A stretch of DNA of 64,000 bases from Escherichia coli. Lineage in GTDB: Bacteria; Pseudomonadota; Gammaproteobacteria; Enterobacterales; Enterobacteriaceae. The DNA lies in NCBI RefSeq assembly GCF_041248615.1, contig NZ_CP158426.1. One strand, written 5' to 3'. Under the pieces are notes generated by a model. It did no database searches. It was given only the letters and a program-made list of their open reading frames with translations, and was not told where the DNA came from. Below, piece by piece: positions 43,558-53,034 of the stretch; within the stretch, counting starts at the first letter, position 1; the number at the start of each line of letters is the position of its first letter. The translations under genes were made by a program, and so were the position numbers.

Positions 43558-43590
43558 AAAGCACCTCAAAAGAAGCCTCTTGAGGTGCTT
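43558..43590. terminator. bidirectional hairpin between btuR and the accessory cassette
   Basis: inverted repeat agcacctcaa-aagaagcctc-ttgaggtgct flanked by A/T. Confidence 0.55.
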
Positions 43591-43605
43591 TAATCATGAT
43601 TATAT

Positions 43606-43914
43606 TCAAGCGGCAATAGCGAAATTCAGAATACGTGTAATCTCATTCAAATGTCCCGGATATGCTTCATGATTCTCAGCGTCAACATCTTCAATAAATA
43701 ATATCAGTTCAGTAATTAACGCATTAGCATCGTCATAATTTATCCCGGCTAACTCTGGCGAAGTTTCAGTACCATAGTTAATCGTCAGGTTGTTCATAAC
43801 TGTGAGGATATGGATAAAATATTTATGACAAACATTACATGTGGTTTTATTACCCAAAGTATTATACAGCATATCAAGTAATGCCAGTATTCTACGGTTT
43901 TGCACATCGTTCAT
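43606..43914 (-). CDS. hypothetical small acidic protein (102 aa), second gene of the AT-rich accessory cassette
   Basis: intact ORF; strong SD TAGGAGGC 6-7 nt upstream of the ATG; start lies 10 nt after the upstream lipoprotein stop; no signal peptide; no family recognised. Confidence 0.6.
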   Translation of the reverse strand: MNDVQNRRILALLDMLYNTLGNKTTCNVCHKYFIHILTVMNNLTINYGTETSPELAGINYDDANALITELILFIEDVDAENHEAYPGHLNEITRILNFAIAA

Positions 43915-43924
43915 AAAAAGCCTC

Positions 43925-44926
43925 CTATAACATTATTCCGCTGGCAATAAGTAATTTTGCCAGCCCCTCAGACGCCTTTAACCCACTAATGACCTGTGCG
44001 CGTAATATTTCATTTAATCTTTTTTGTTCAGCTGCCGTGCGTGTTTTATTAACGTATAAGCTTTTTAGATAATCACCCTTATCTATAAAGGCATTTAAAG
44101 CCTCAATCGCAGGCATGGCAGGTGCCGATGCCTGTAGTCTGGTTTCATTCACATTGATTACTGAACTTAGAAACTCCTTCCTGTTTTTCAGAGTGTTAAA
44201 CTCTGTATTCTTAGAGTTTTTAGATGCTGTATTATAATAAAACATATTATCATGCACATTCGCAAAGGTATAATTTTCAATCTTATTGCTTTTTGTATAA
44301 ATATCATTGCGCAAAACCGCCATGTTCTTTATAAGTCTTACCCAGTTTTCATCTGCCGTTTTGCCTATTTTTCCAGAATTGACTTTAATTATATATAACT
44401 CATTGAAATAATTTACCAAATCTTTAACCGCTGCTGCAGATTGAACTAAATCTTTGCTATGTGAAACACCAAGTAGTGTTTGTGCGTTGTTTGCGTGATC
44501 CAGAGCCTGTTTAAGTAATGCCACTTGCTGACTTTCCGTAGTTGCCATATCCTTTGTCAGAAGTTCCACATAAGCGCTCATGCTATTAATGACTTCCATT
44601 GAAGCCAGTAATTTTTCTTTCTCGAAAGGGACTAATTGTACTTGTTTTGTATTTGGCCCTGAACGCTGGCATAATTTTCCGCCATTCCCATCACCGCCTA
44701 TATCAATGGTATAATCAGGTCGCAGAGCACAATCCGGATTAGTCGCGTAGAAATTAACAAGGAAGTTTTCACGAGAAGCATAGTATTGTTTAAAGAAACT
44801 TGCATTCGCCGCTACTGCTTTGTTACCCGCAGTAATAACAGTTTCAGCTTGTTCGTTTTTCAATGCTTCAGTTGCACAACCTGAAAGCATTAACAGCGAT
44901 AGAAATATTCCACTATATCTAATCAT
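43925..44926 (-). CDS. hypothetical lipoprotein (333 aa), first gene of the AT-rich accessory cassette
   Basis: intact ORF with strong SD AAGAGGTGGG; type II signal peptide with lipobox LSGC; Ala at +2 predicts outer-membrane sorting; N/K/S-rich composition; no family recognised. Confidence 0.6.
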   Translation of the reverse strand: MIRYSGIFLSLLMLSGCATEALKNEQAETVITAGNKAVAANASFFKQYYASRENFLVNFYATNPDCALRPDYTIDIGGDGNGGKLCQRSGPNTKQVQLVPFEKEKLLASMEVINSMSAYVELLTKDMATTESQQVALLKQALDHANNAQTLLGVSHSKDLVQSAAAVKDLVNYFNELYIIKVNSGKIGKTADENWVRLIKNMAVLRNDIYTKSNKIENYTFANVHDNMFYYNTASKNSKNTEFNTLKNRKEFLSSVINVNETRLQASAPAMPAIEALNAFIDKGDYLKSLYVNKTRTAAEQKRLNEILRAQVISGLKASEGLAKLLIASGIML

Positions 44927-45051
44927 AACCCACCTCTTGACGTTGAGTTTATCTCAGATAATTAAATAGTAATGTGGCTATTTCCGGGTATTATTCATAA
45001 GCAAGTATGAAATTAAATTAAAATACTGCGACTATTTATCATGCTTCAAAT

Positions 45052-45080
45052 GAAGAAAAGGCCCCGCAGGGCCTTTATTT
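45052..45080. terminator. rluB terminator hairpin (bidirectional)
   Basis: ggccc-cgca-gggcc stem flanked by A-run and T-run. Confidence 0.55.
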
Positions 45081-45095
45081 TATACTTATCTTAAA

Positions 45096-45971
45096 TTAAC
45101 CGTTATTATTACGTCCGCCAGAACGGCGACCACCGCTCACCTGGCTATGACGTTTCACCGCACGACGAATCTGATTCGCCTTCATGCGACGACGGTCTTT
45201 TTCTACAGCGACTTTAGAGCTGGTTTCTGGCGGCAGCTCCACCAGTTCGCGCAGGTAGTTAGTCTGGGCGAGGTCCAGCTCCGTCCAGCCACCGCGTGGC
45301 AGACCTTTTGGCAGTGGGATATCACCGTAACGAACACGGATCAGGCGGCTTACCTGCACACCAACCGCTTCCCACAGACGACGAACTTCACGGTTACGGC
45401 CTTCGGTCAGAGTTACGTTGTACCACTGGTTGATCCCTTCGCCGCCGCTGAACTTGATGGTTTTAAAGGCTGCCGGACCATCTTCCAGCTGCACACCACG
45501 GCTTAAATCACGCAGTTTCGCGTCGTCAACCTGACCAAATACACGCACGGCATATTCACGTTCAACTTCACGGCTTGGGTGCATTAAACGGTTTGCCAGT
45601 TCACCATCGGTGGTGAACAGCAGCAGACCACAGGTATTAACGTCCAGGCGACCCACGGCAATCCAGCGTGCGCCACGCAGTTTTGGCAGACGGTCAAACA
45701 CCGTTGGACGTCCTTCCGGATCGTTACGGGTACACAACTCACCTTCCGGTTTGTAATAGGCCAGAACGCGACAAATTTGTTCAGCGGACTCACGTACCGA
45801 AATCAGGTGACCATCGATACGGATTTTCAATCCAGGGGTAATTTCAACACGATCGCCGAGTTTAGCAATTTTGCCATCAACACTCACACGACCGGCTTCA
45901 ATAATAGATTCGATTTCACGGCGAGAGCCGTGGCCGGCACGCGCCAGCACTTTCTGTAGCTTTTCGCTCAT
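45096..45971 (-). CDS. rluB: 23S rRNA pseudouridine(2605) synthase RluB
   Basis: 291-aa ORF matching RluB (S4 domain plus pseudouridine synthase core; Arg/Gly-rich C-terminus). Confidence 0.9.
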   Translation of the reverse strand: MSEKLQKVLARAGHGSRREIESIIEAGRVSVDGKIAKLGDRVEITPGLKIRIDGHLISVRESAEQICRVLAYYKPEGELCTRNDPEGRPTVFDRLPKLRGARWIAVGRLDVNTCGLLLFTTDGELANRLMHPSREVEREYAVRVFGQVDDAKLRDLSRGVQLEDGPAAFKTIKFSGGEGINQWYNVTLTEGRNREVRRLWEAVGVQVSRLIRVRYGDIPLPKGLPRGGWTELDLAQTNYLRELVELPPETSSKVAVEKDRRRMKANQIRRAVKRHSQVSGGRRSGGRNNNG

Positions 45972-46181
45972 AGAGCTTCCTTTTGGTGTCGCCTTCCCAG
46001 GCGTCTGATATGCTTTTGTGCAACAGTGAGTCAGAACTTACATCTGACTCACTGATAGTAAAGTCTGTTTGAACTCTTCAGGCCTTAAGTAAACGACTCG
46101 ACGTTTATCGACCTGGCTTTGAGGCGCAACATACTACACTATCTTTATGGTTAAAGCTTGTTTCGATTAACGTCGATTTGG

Positions 46182-48077
46182 TTACCAACCACCACCGCCT
46201 CCGCCACCCGCACCGCCGCCAGCACCACCACCGGAATAGCTTCGCCCCAACAAACTGGTATAGGCCCCGCAACTCAGGTGCGTCTGCAATGAGAATAAAA
46301 CGCCACTACGGGCAATTTCCGGGGCGCTAACAGCCGCTGTGAGTGATGGGGTGATACGTTCTGCCCATTCTCTGCCAAGGTTTGCCGAGACCGCCCAACC
46401 TAACAATGCGTAATCCAGTTTCCGTGTTTCCCCTTTCCGCCGCCGCCCACTGTGTGTTGCCGCCTCTTTACGCGCAAGATAGTTAACGATAGCTTCACCG
46501 TGGGCATAACGTTGCTGCCCAGTTTGGGTAAACTTTGGCAGAAAAATATACCCTATGCCAGTGAGATAACCGGTCAGAAAAACAGCGCTAAAATAACCCG
46601 CTGGCATATACCAGTAAAAGAATACATCTCCGACATTGATATAGAGAGAATAAAAGGCCACGCCTGAACAAATCAGCGGTAAAAACAAAGTGATGATTAC
46701 ACAATTAACGCAAGGCTTGTCATCATCGCGGGCAAACAAAAGCTCAAGGGAACAAAATAAAAAAGGAAGAAGCCAGCAGATCATAATAAACATATCGCCC
46801 ACCAGACTCATTCCTGCCCAGCCTACGGGACTCAGGTTACCGTAGAGAATGACCGCTAATATCGCCATTCCCCCCCATTGCAAAAACGCATCAGGTCGGT
46901 AAAACGAAGACTTTTTACGCGGCAGATAAAATTTCTGCATCCGTAAAAATGCACTGCGTAAGACTCTGTTGCGTCTCCCCGTAAGAACGACCTTATCGCC
47001 TTTACGAAATAACGCTTCCAGTAATAACTTCTCTGCGGGCAGTAATACCGCATTATTTCTGGTCGCGCCTTCATTAACACGAATCAGGATTTGCTGGTTC
47101 TTGTCATACTGATCTTTCAGATGAATTTTGCCTTTCACAATCAGATTTACGATATCGGCACAAAAACCTTTATCGTCGTAAACCAGTTTCGCATCGAGAC
47201 GTAACATGCCGGGTGTGTAATCTGGCGGAATGACATCGGTTTCAATCACATCTACCGGCGTAAATTGCGGCCTGCGCTTCCAGAGATATAACCATCCACA
47301 CGCCAGGAACAGACACGGAAACCAAATTAACAACGATGACGTAGAGGGTAAAAGAAGATGGCTGAAAATATTCGTCGTTTGTGGTGCCGGGGCATTACCA
47401 AGTAAAGCGTGAGGCCAGCGGTAGAGGACCGTGAAGTCTTCACGATAAAACGGATCGCGGGATTCAATTCTTCCGTCCTCAAGGATGCGGCCATTTCGAT
47501 ATGTGTCGCCCTCTTCTCCAGTAAAGAGATCAATTTCGCTAAATGAATTACCCGCAATATCAGGCAACTGGAGAGAAAATCGGGTCTTATAGATTTCAAA
47601 CGGCCACTTGTTACCGGTCACGTTCCAGATTAACAGATCAGAATCTCCCTCACGCAGGAAAGCATTTTTAACCTGATAATGAATTTGATAATGATAGTCA
47701 CCTTGAGGCAAGAAACGTTGTTTATCGCCCACGACAATACTCATTAAACCGATATGCCAGTCAAGATGCCAGGGTTCAGGAACACCATCACGGGTGACGC
47801 CAACAATATGATAGTTCAGCAGTGCAGCGTCACCATTAGGCTGCATCCATAGTCGTGGTAAATCACGATAAAATCCGTGCTTAATCTGCTGATTTCGCGC
47901 CTGAAAATGAATGTTCTCTTTGATGTCGAGCACCCCATCCAGTTGCAGGGTGGCTTCAACATCAAAGAGCGAGATCCCTTCTTCATAAGAAGGGATCTCC
48001 GTGTTTTCTGCATAACTTAGAGATGATACAAACAGCCCTGCTATCAACAGCAAAATGCAGCGAAACTTCCCTGCCAT
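46182..48077 (-). CDS. yciQ: DUF2207-family membrane protein YciQ
   Basis: 631-aa ORF with signal peptide and multiple TM segments; C-terminal Gly/Ala tract; matches YciQ. Confidence 0.85.
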   Translation of the reverse strand: MAGKFRCILLLIAGLFVSSLSYAENTEIPSYEEGISLFDVEATLQLDGVLDIKENIHFQARNQQIKHGFYRDLPRLWMQPNGDAALLNYHIVGVTRDGVPEPWHLDWHIGLMSIVVGDKQRFLPQGDYHYQIHYQVKNAFLREGDSDLLIWNVTGNKWPFEIYKTRFSLQLPDIAGNSFSEIDLFTGEEGDTYRNGRILEDGRIESRDPFYREDFTVLYRWPHALLGNAPAPQTTNIFSHLLLPSTSSLLIWFPCLFLACGWLYLWKRRPQFTPVDVIETDVIPPDYTPGMLRLDAKLVYDDKGFCADIVNLIVKGKIHLKDQYDKNQQILIRVNEGATRNNAVLLPAEKLLLEALFRKGDKVVLTGRRNRVLRSAFLRMQKFYLPRKKSSFYRPDAFLQWGGMAILAVILYGNLSPVGWAGMSLVGDMFIMICWLLPFLFCSLELLFARDDDKPCVNCVIITLFLPLICSGVAFYSLYINVGDVFFYWYMPAGYFSAVFLTGYLTGIGYIFLPKFTQTGQQRYAHGEAIVNYLARKEAATHSGRRRKGETRKLDYALLGWAVSANLGREWAERITPSLTAAVSAPEIARSGVLFSLQTHLSCGAYTSLLGRSYSGGGAGGGAGGGGGGGW

Positions 48078-48104
48078 AGTCTTCCATCCGTGGAACGCAA
48101 TTTG

Positions 48105-48725
48105 TTATAAGAAAGGCTTCACATCACCTACGCCTTCACGCACCACGACCGGCGTATCATCAGTAAGATCAATAACCGTTGTTGGTTTCTGCCCGAGATA
48201 GCCGCCGTGAATAATCAAATCCACCTGTTTTTCCAGACGGTCTTTAATTTCTTCCGGATCGGATTCGGTAAATTCGCTACCTGGCAGCATCAGTGATGTG
48301 GAAAGCATCGGTTCGCCCAATGCTTCAAGCAGCGCCTGCGCAATCGGGTTAGAAGGCACACGCATACCGATGGTTTTGCGTTTTTCCTGCAACAGACGGC
48401 GTGGCACTTCCTTCGTCCCCTTCAGGATGAAGGTATAGTTGCCCGGCGTGTTGTTTTTCATTAAACGAAACGCAACGTTATCGACAAATGAATAGGTCGA
48501 GAGTTCAGAAAGATCGCGACACATCAGGGTAAAGTTGTGACCGTCCGGCAGCTGGCGAATACGACAAATACGCTCCATCGCGTTTTTATCTTCAATTTTA
48601 CAGCCGAGCGCATAGCCGGAATCAGTTGGATAAACAATCACCCCGCCTTTACGCACGATCTCCACCGCCTGGTTGATCAGACGTTGCTGCGGGTTATCAG
48701 GATGAATATAAAAAAACTGGCTCAT
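48105..48725 (-). CDS. yciO: L-threonylcarbamoyladenylate synthase-like protein YciO (YrdC/Sua5 fold)
   Basis: ORF matches YciO from MSQFFYIHPDNPQQR (206 aa). Confidence 0.85.
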   Translation of the reverse strand: MSQFFYIHPDNPQQRLINQAVEIVRKGGVIVYPTDSGYALGCKIEDKNAMERICRIRQLPDGHNFTLMCRDLSELSTYSFVDNVAFRLMKNNTPGNYTFILKGTKEVPRRLLQEKRKTIGMRVPSNPIAQALLEALGEPMLSTSLMLPGSEFTESDPEEIKDRLEKQVDLIIHGGYLGQKPTTVIDLTDDTPVVVREGVGDVKPFL

Positions 48726-49603
48726 AATTCCCTCTCTGTGGTGTTCTGCGGCTGTTCCCATAGCTGCCAGACGCCTTCAACGCCTGCGGGCAGCCAGAGT
48801 TTACGACCCAGTTCGATCCACGGGCATGGCTGATGAAAATCAGATCCTTGTGATGCCCATAAATGATGCTGACGCGCAAGTGTCGCCAGCTGGGTGCGTT
48901 CATTGGGCGATTGCTGGCACTGCGCGACTTCCATCGCGTCGCCGTGGTGTTCGGCAAAATGCGCAACCAATCTTTTCAGCCATTTAGCACTAAGATTGTA
49001 CCGCCCAGGATGAGCTAGCACCGCCTTACCGCCAGAATGATGAATGACATCAATAGCTTGTTCTATTGTACACCACTGTGGCGGAACGTATCCGGTTTTC
49101 CCGCGCGCCAGATACTTTTTAAAGACATCCGCCATTGAACTGGCTTTGCCGCACTCCACAAGGAAACGCGCAAAATGACCGCGCGTCACCGCACCGCCCT
49201 GCGCCAGTCTTTGCGCGCCTTCCAGTGCCCCAGGTATTTGCGCTTTTTCAAGTCTTTCGGCAATCAGCTGCGCCCGCTGATTGCGCCGTTCTGTCTGCTG
49301 CGCGAGGAACTCACGCATTAGCGGATGAGTAATATCAATATTCAGCCCGACAATATGAATTTCATGATTTTCCCAGACTGTGGAAATTTCCACGCCGGGT
49401 ATAAGATTCAGCGCCAGTCCCGAACGTGAAATTTCCTCTCTTGCTGGCGCGATTGCAGCTGTGGTGTCATGGTCGGTGATCGCCAGGGTGCCGACGCGCA
49501 TCTCGACTGCACGGTGCACCAATGCTTCTGGCGTCAGGCAGCCATCGGAAGCTGTGGTATGGCTGTGCAGGTCGTAAATCACTGCGTAATTCGTGTCGCT
49601 CAA
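48722..49603 (-). CDS. trpH: PHP-domain 3',5'-nucleoside bisphosphate phosphatase / RNase AM (TrpH, YciV)
   Basis: 293-aa ORF with PHP motif HSHTTASDG; divergent from the trp operon. Confidence 0.9.
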   Translation of the reverse strand: MSDTNYAVIYDLHSHTTASDGCLTPEALVHRAVEMRVGTLAITDHDTTAAIAPAREEISRSGLALNLIPGVEISTVWENHEIHIVGLNIDITHPLMREFLAQQTERRNQRAQLIAERLEKAQIPGALEGAQRLAQGGAVTRGHFARFLVECGKASSMADVFKKYLARGKTGYVPPQWCTIEQAIDVIHHSGGKAVLAHPGRYNLSAKWLKRLVAHFAEHHGDAMEVAQCQQSPNERTQLATLARQHHLWASQGSDFHQPCPWIELGRKLWLPAGVEGVWQLWEQPQNTTEREL

Positions 49604-49672
49604 GGCGCACTCCCGTTCTGGATAATGTTTTTTGCGCCGACATCATAACGGTTCTGGCAAATATTCTGAAAT

Positions 49673-49715
49673 GAGCTGTTGACAATTAATCATTGAACTA
49701 GTTAACTAGTACGCA
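49673..49715 (+). promoter_or_regulatory. trp promoter with TrpR operator
   Basis: TTGACA (-35) at 49678..49683, TTAACT (-10) at 49701..49706, operator palindrome GAACTAGTTAACTAGTAC between them. Confidence 0.9.
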
Positions 49716-49740
49716 AGTTCACGTAAAAAGGGTATCGACA

Positions 49741-49785
49741 ATGAAAGCAATTTTCGTACTGAAAGGTTGGTGGCGCACTTCCTGA
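49741..49785 (+). CDS. trpL: trp operon leader peptide
   Basis: atgaaagcaattttcgtactgaaaggttggtggcgcacttcctga encodes [14 protein letters not shown] with tandem Trp codons. Confidence 0.95.
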
Positions 49786-49827
49786 AACGGGCAGTGTATT
49801 CACCATGCGTAAAGCAATCAGATACCC

Positions 49828-49857
49828 AGCCCGCCTAATGAGCGGGCTTTTTTTTGA
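49828..49857 (+). terminator. trp attenuator (3:4 terminator hairpin)
   Basis: agcccgcc-taatga-gcgggct followed by a run of 8 T. Confidence 0.95.
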
Positions 49858-49876
49858 ACAAAATTAGAGAATAACA

Positions 49877-51439
49877 ATGCAAACACAAAAACCGACTCTT
49901 GAACTGCTAACCTGCGAAGGCGCTTATCGCGACAACCCGACTGCGCTTTTTCACCAGTTGTGTGGGAATCGTCCAGCAACGCTGCTGCTGGAATCCGCAG
50001 ATATCGACAGCAAAGATGATTTAAAAAGCCTGCTGCTGGTAGACAGTGCGCTGCGCATTACAGCATTAGGTGACACGGTCACAATTCAGGCACTTTCCGG
50101 CAATGGTGAAGCCCTGCTGGCACTACTGGATAACGCCCTGCCTGCGGGTGTGGAAAATGAACAATCACCAAACTGCCGTGTGCTGCGCTTCCCCCCTGTC
50201 AGTCCACTGCTGGATGAAGACGCCCGCTTATGCTCCCTTTCGGTTTTTGACGCTTTCCGCTTATTACAGAATCTGTTGCATGTACCGAAGGAAGAACGAG
50301 AAGCAATGTTCTTCGGCGGCCTGTTCTCTTATGACCTTGTGGCGGGGTTTGAAGATTTACCGCAACTGTCAGCGGAAAATAACTGCCCTGATTTCTGTTT
50401 TTATCTCGCTGAAACGCTGATGGTGATTGACCATCAGAAAAAAAGCACCCGCATTCAGGCCAGCCTGTTTGCTCCGAATGAAGAAGAAAAACAACGTCTC
50501 ACTGCTCGCCTGAACGATCTTCGCCAGCAACTGACCGAAACCGCGCCACCGCTGCCGGTGGTTTCCGTGCCGCATATGCGTTGTGAATGTAACCAGAGCG
50601 ATGAAGAGTTCGGTGGCGTAGTGCGTTTGTTGCAAAAAGCGATTCGCGCTGGAGAAATTTTCCAGGTGGTGCCATCTCGCCGTTTCTCTCTGCCCTGCCC
50701 GTCACCGCTGGCGGCCTATTACGTGCTGAAAAAGAGTAATCCCAGCCCGTACATGTTTTTTATGCAGGATAATGATTTCACCCTGTTTGGCGCGTCGCCG
50801 GAAAGTTCGCTCAAGTATGACGCCACCAGCCGCCAGATTGAGATCTACCCGATTGCCGGAACACGCCCGCGCGGTCGTCGCGCCGATGGCTCGCTGGACA
50901 GAGACCTCGACAGCCGCATCGAACTGGAAATGCGTACCGATCATAAAGAGCTTTCTGAACATCTGATGCTGGTGGATCTCGCCCGTAATGATCTGGCACG
51001 CATTTGCACCCCCGGTAGTCGCTACGTCGCCGATCTCACCAAAGTTGACCGTTATTCTTATGTGATGCACCTCGTCTCCCGCGTGGTCGGTGAGCTGCGC
51101 CACGATCTCGACGCCCTGCACGCTTACCGCGCCTGTATGAATATGGGGACATTAAGCGGTGCGCCGAAAGTGCGCGCCATGCAGTTAATTGCCGGGGCGG
51201 AAGGTCGTCGCCGCGGCAGCTACGGCGGCGCAGTAGGTTATTTCACCGCGCATGGCGATCTCGACACCTGCATTGTGATCCGCTCGGCGCTGGTGGAAAA
51301 CGGTATCGCCACCGTGCAAGCCGGTGCTGGCGTGGTACTTGATTCTGTTCCGCAGTCGGAAGCCGACGAAACCCGTAATAAAGCCCGCGCTGTACTGCGC
51401 GCTATTGCCACCGCGCATCATGCACAGGAGACGTTCTGA
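49877..51439 (+). CDS. trpE: anthranilate synthase component I
   Basis: 520-aa ORF matching TrpE. Confidence 0.95.
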   Translation: MQTQKPTLELLTCEGAYRDNPTALFHQLCGNRPATLLLESADIDSKDDLKSLLLVDSALRITALGDTVTIQALSGNGEALLALLDNALPAGVENEQSPNCRVLRFPPVSPLLDEDARLCSLSVFDAFRLLQNLLHVPKEEREAMFFGGLFSYDLVAGFEDLPQLSAENNCPDFCFYLAETLMVIDHQKKSTRIQASLFAPNEEEKQRLTARLNDLRQQLTETAPPLPVVSVPHMRCECNQSDEEFGGVVRLLQKAIRAGEIFQVVPSRRFSLPCPSPLAAYYVLKKSNPSPYMFFMQDNDFTLFGASPESSLKYDATSRQIEIYPIAGTRPRGRRADGSLDRDLDSRIELEMRTDHKELSEHLMLVDLARNDLARICTPGSRYVADLTKVDRYSYVMHLVSRVVGELRHDLDALHAYRACMNMGTLSGAPKVRAMQLIAGAEGRRRGSYGGAVGYFTAHGDLDTCIVIRSALVENGIATVQAGAGVVLDSVPQSEADETRNKARAVLRAIATAHHAQETF

Positions 51440-53034
51440 TGGCTGACATTCTGCTGCTCGATAATATCGACTCTTTTACTTACAACCTGGCAGATCAGTT
51501 GCGCAGCAATGGTCATAACGTGGTGATTTACCGCAACCATATTCCGGCGCAGACCTTAATTGAACGCCTGGCGACAATGAGCAATCCGGTGCTGATGCTT
51601 TCTCCTGGCCCCGGTGTGCCAAGCGAAGCCGGTTGTATGCCAGAACTCCTCACCCGCCTGCGCGGCAAGCTGCCAATTATTGGCATTTGCCTCGGTCATC
51701 AGGCGATTGTCGAAGCTTATGGGGGGTATGTCGGTCAGGCGGGCGAAATTCTTCACGGTAAAGCGTCGAGTATTGAACATGACGGTCAGGCGATGTTTGC
51801 CGGATTAACAAACCCATTGCCAGTGGCGCGTTATCACTCGCTGGTTGGCAGTAACATTCCGGCCGGTTTAACCATCAACGCCCATTTTAATGGCATGGTG
51901 ATGGCGGTGCGTCACGATGCAGATCGCGTTTGTGGATTCCAGTTCCATCCGGAATCCATTCTTACTACCCAGGGTGCTCGCCTGCTGGAACAAACGCTGG
52001 CCTGGGCGCAGCAGAAACTGGAACCGACCAACACGCTGCAACCGATTCTGGAAAAACTGTATCAGGCGCAGACCCTTAGCCAGCAGGAAAGTCACCAGCT
52101 GTTTTCAGCGGTGGTACGTGGCGAACTGAAACCGGAACAACTGGCGGCGGCGCTGGTGAGCATGAAAATTCGCGGCGAGCACCCGAACGAGATCGCCGGA
52201 GCAGCAACCGCGCTACTGGAAAATGCCGCGCCGTTCCCGCGCCCGGATTATCTGTTTGCTGATATCGTCGGTACTGGCGGTGACGGCAGTAACAGCATCA
52301 ATATTTCTACCGCCAGTGCGTTTGTCGCCGCGGCCTGTGGGCTGAAAGTGGCGAAACACGGCAACCGTAGCGTCTCCAGTAAATCCGGCTCGTCGGATCT
52401 GCTGGCGGCGTTCGGTATTAATCTTGATATGAACGCCGATAAATCGCGCCAGGCGCTGGATGAGTTAGGCGTCTGTTTCCTCTTTGCGCCGAAATATCAC
52501 ACCGGATTCCGCCACGCGATGCCGGTTCGCCAACAACTGAAAACCCGCACCCTGTTCAATGTGCTGGGGCCATTGATTAACCCGGCGCATCCGCCGCTGG
52601 CGCTAATTGGTGTTTATAGTCCGGAACTGGTGCTGCCGATTGCCGAAACCTTGCGCGTGCTGGGGTATCAACGCGCTGCGGTAGTGCACAGCGGCGGGAT
52701 GGATGAAGTTTCATTACACGCGCCGACAATCGTTGCCGAACTGCATGACGGTGAAATTAAGAGCTATCAGCTAACTGCAGAAGATTTTGGCCTGACACCC
52801 TACCACCAGGAGCAACTGGCAGGCGGAACACCGGAAGAAAACCGTGACATTTTAACACGCTTGTTACAAGGTAAAGGCGACGCCGCCCATGAAGCAGCCG
52901 TCGCGGCGAACGTCGCCATGTTAATGCGCCTGCATGGCCATGAAGATCTGCAAGCCAATGCGCAAACCGTTCTTGAGGTACTGCGCAGTGGTTCCGCTTA
53001 CGACAGAGTCACCGCACTGGCGGCACGAGGGTAA
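51439..53034 (+). CDS. trpD: bifunctional anthranilate synthase component II / anthranilate phosphoribosyltransferase
   Basis: 531-aa ORF matching the TrpG-D fusion; start overlaps the trpE stop (TGATG). Confidence 0.95.
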   Translation: MADILLLDNIDSFTYNLADQLRSNGHNVVIYRNHIPAQTLIERLATMSNPVLMLSPGPGVPSEAGCMPELLTRLRGKLPIIGICLGHQAIVEAYGGYVGQAGEILHGKASSIEHDGQAMFAGLTNPLPVARYHSLVGSNIPAGLTINAHFNGMVMAVRHDADRVCGFQFHPESILTTQGARLLEQTLAWAQQKLEPTNTLQPILEKLYQAQTLSQQESHQLFSAVVRGELKPEQLAAALVSMKIRGEHPNEIAGAATALLENAAPFPRPDYLFADIVGTGGDGSNSINISTASAFVAAACGLKVAKHGNRSVSSKSGSSDLLAAFGINLDMNADKSRQALDELGVCFLFAPKYHTGFRHAMPVRQQLKTRTLFNVLGPLINPAHPPLALIGVYSPELVLPIAETLRVLGYQRAAVVHSGGMDEVSLHAPTIVAELHDGEIKSYQLTAEDFGLTPYHQEQLAGGTPEENRDILTRLLQGKGDAAHEAAVAANVAMLMRLHGHEDLQANAQTVLEVLRSGSAYDRVTALAARG

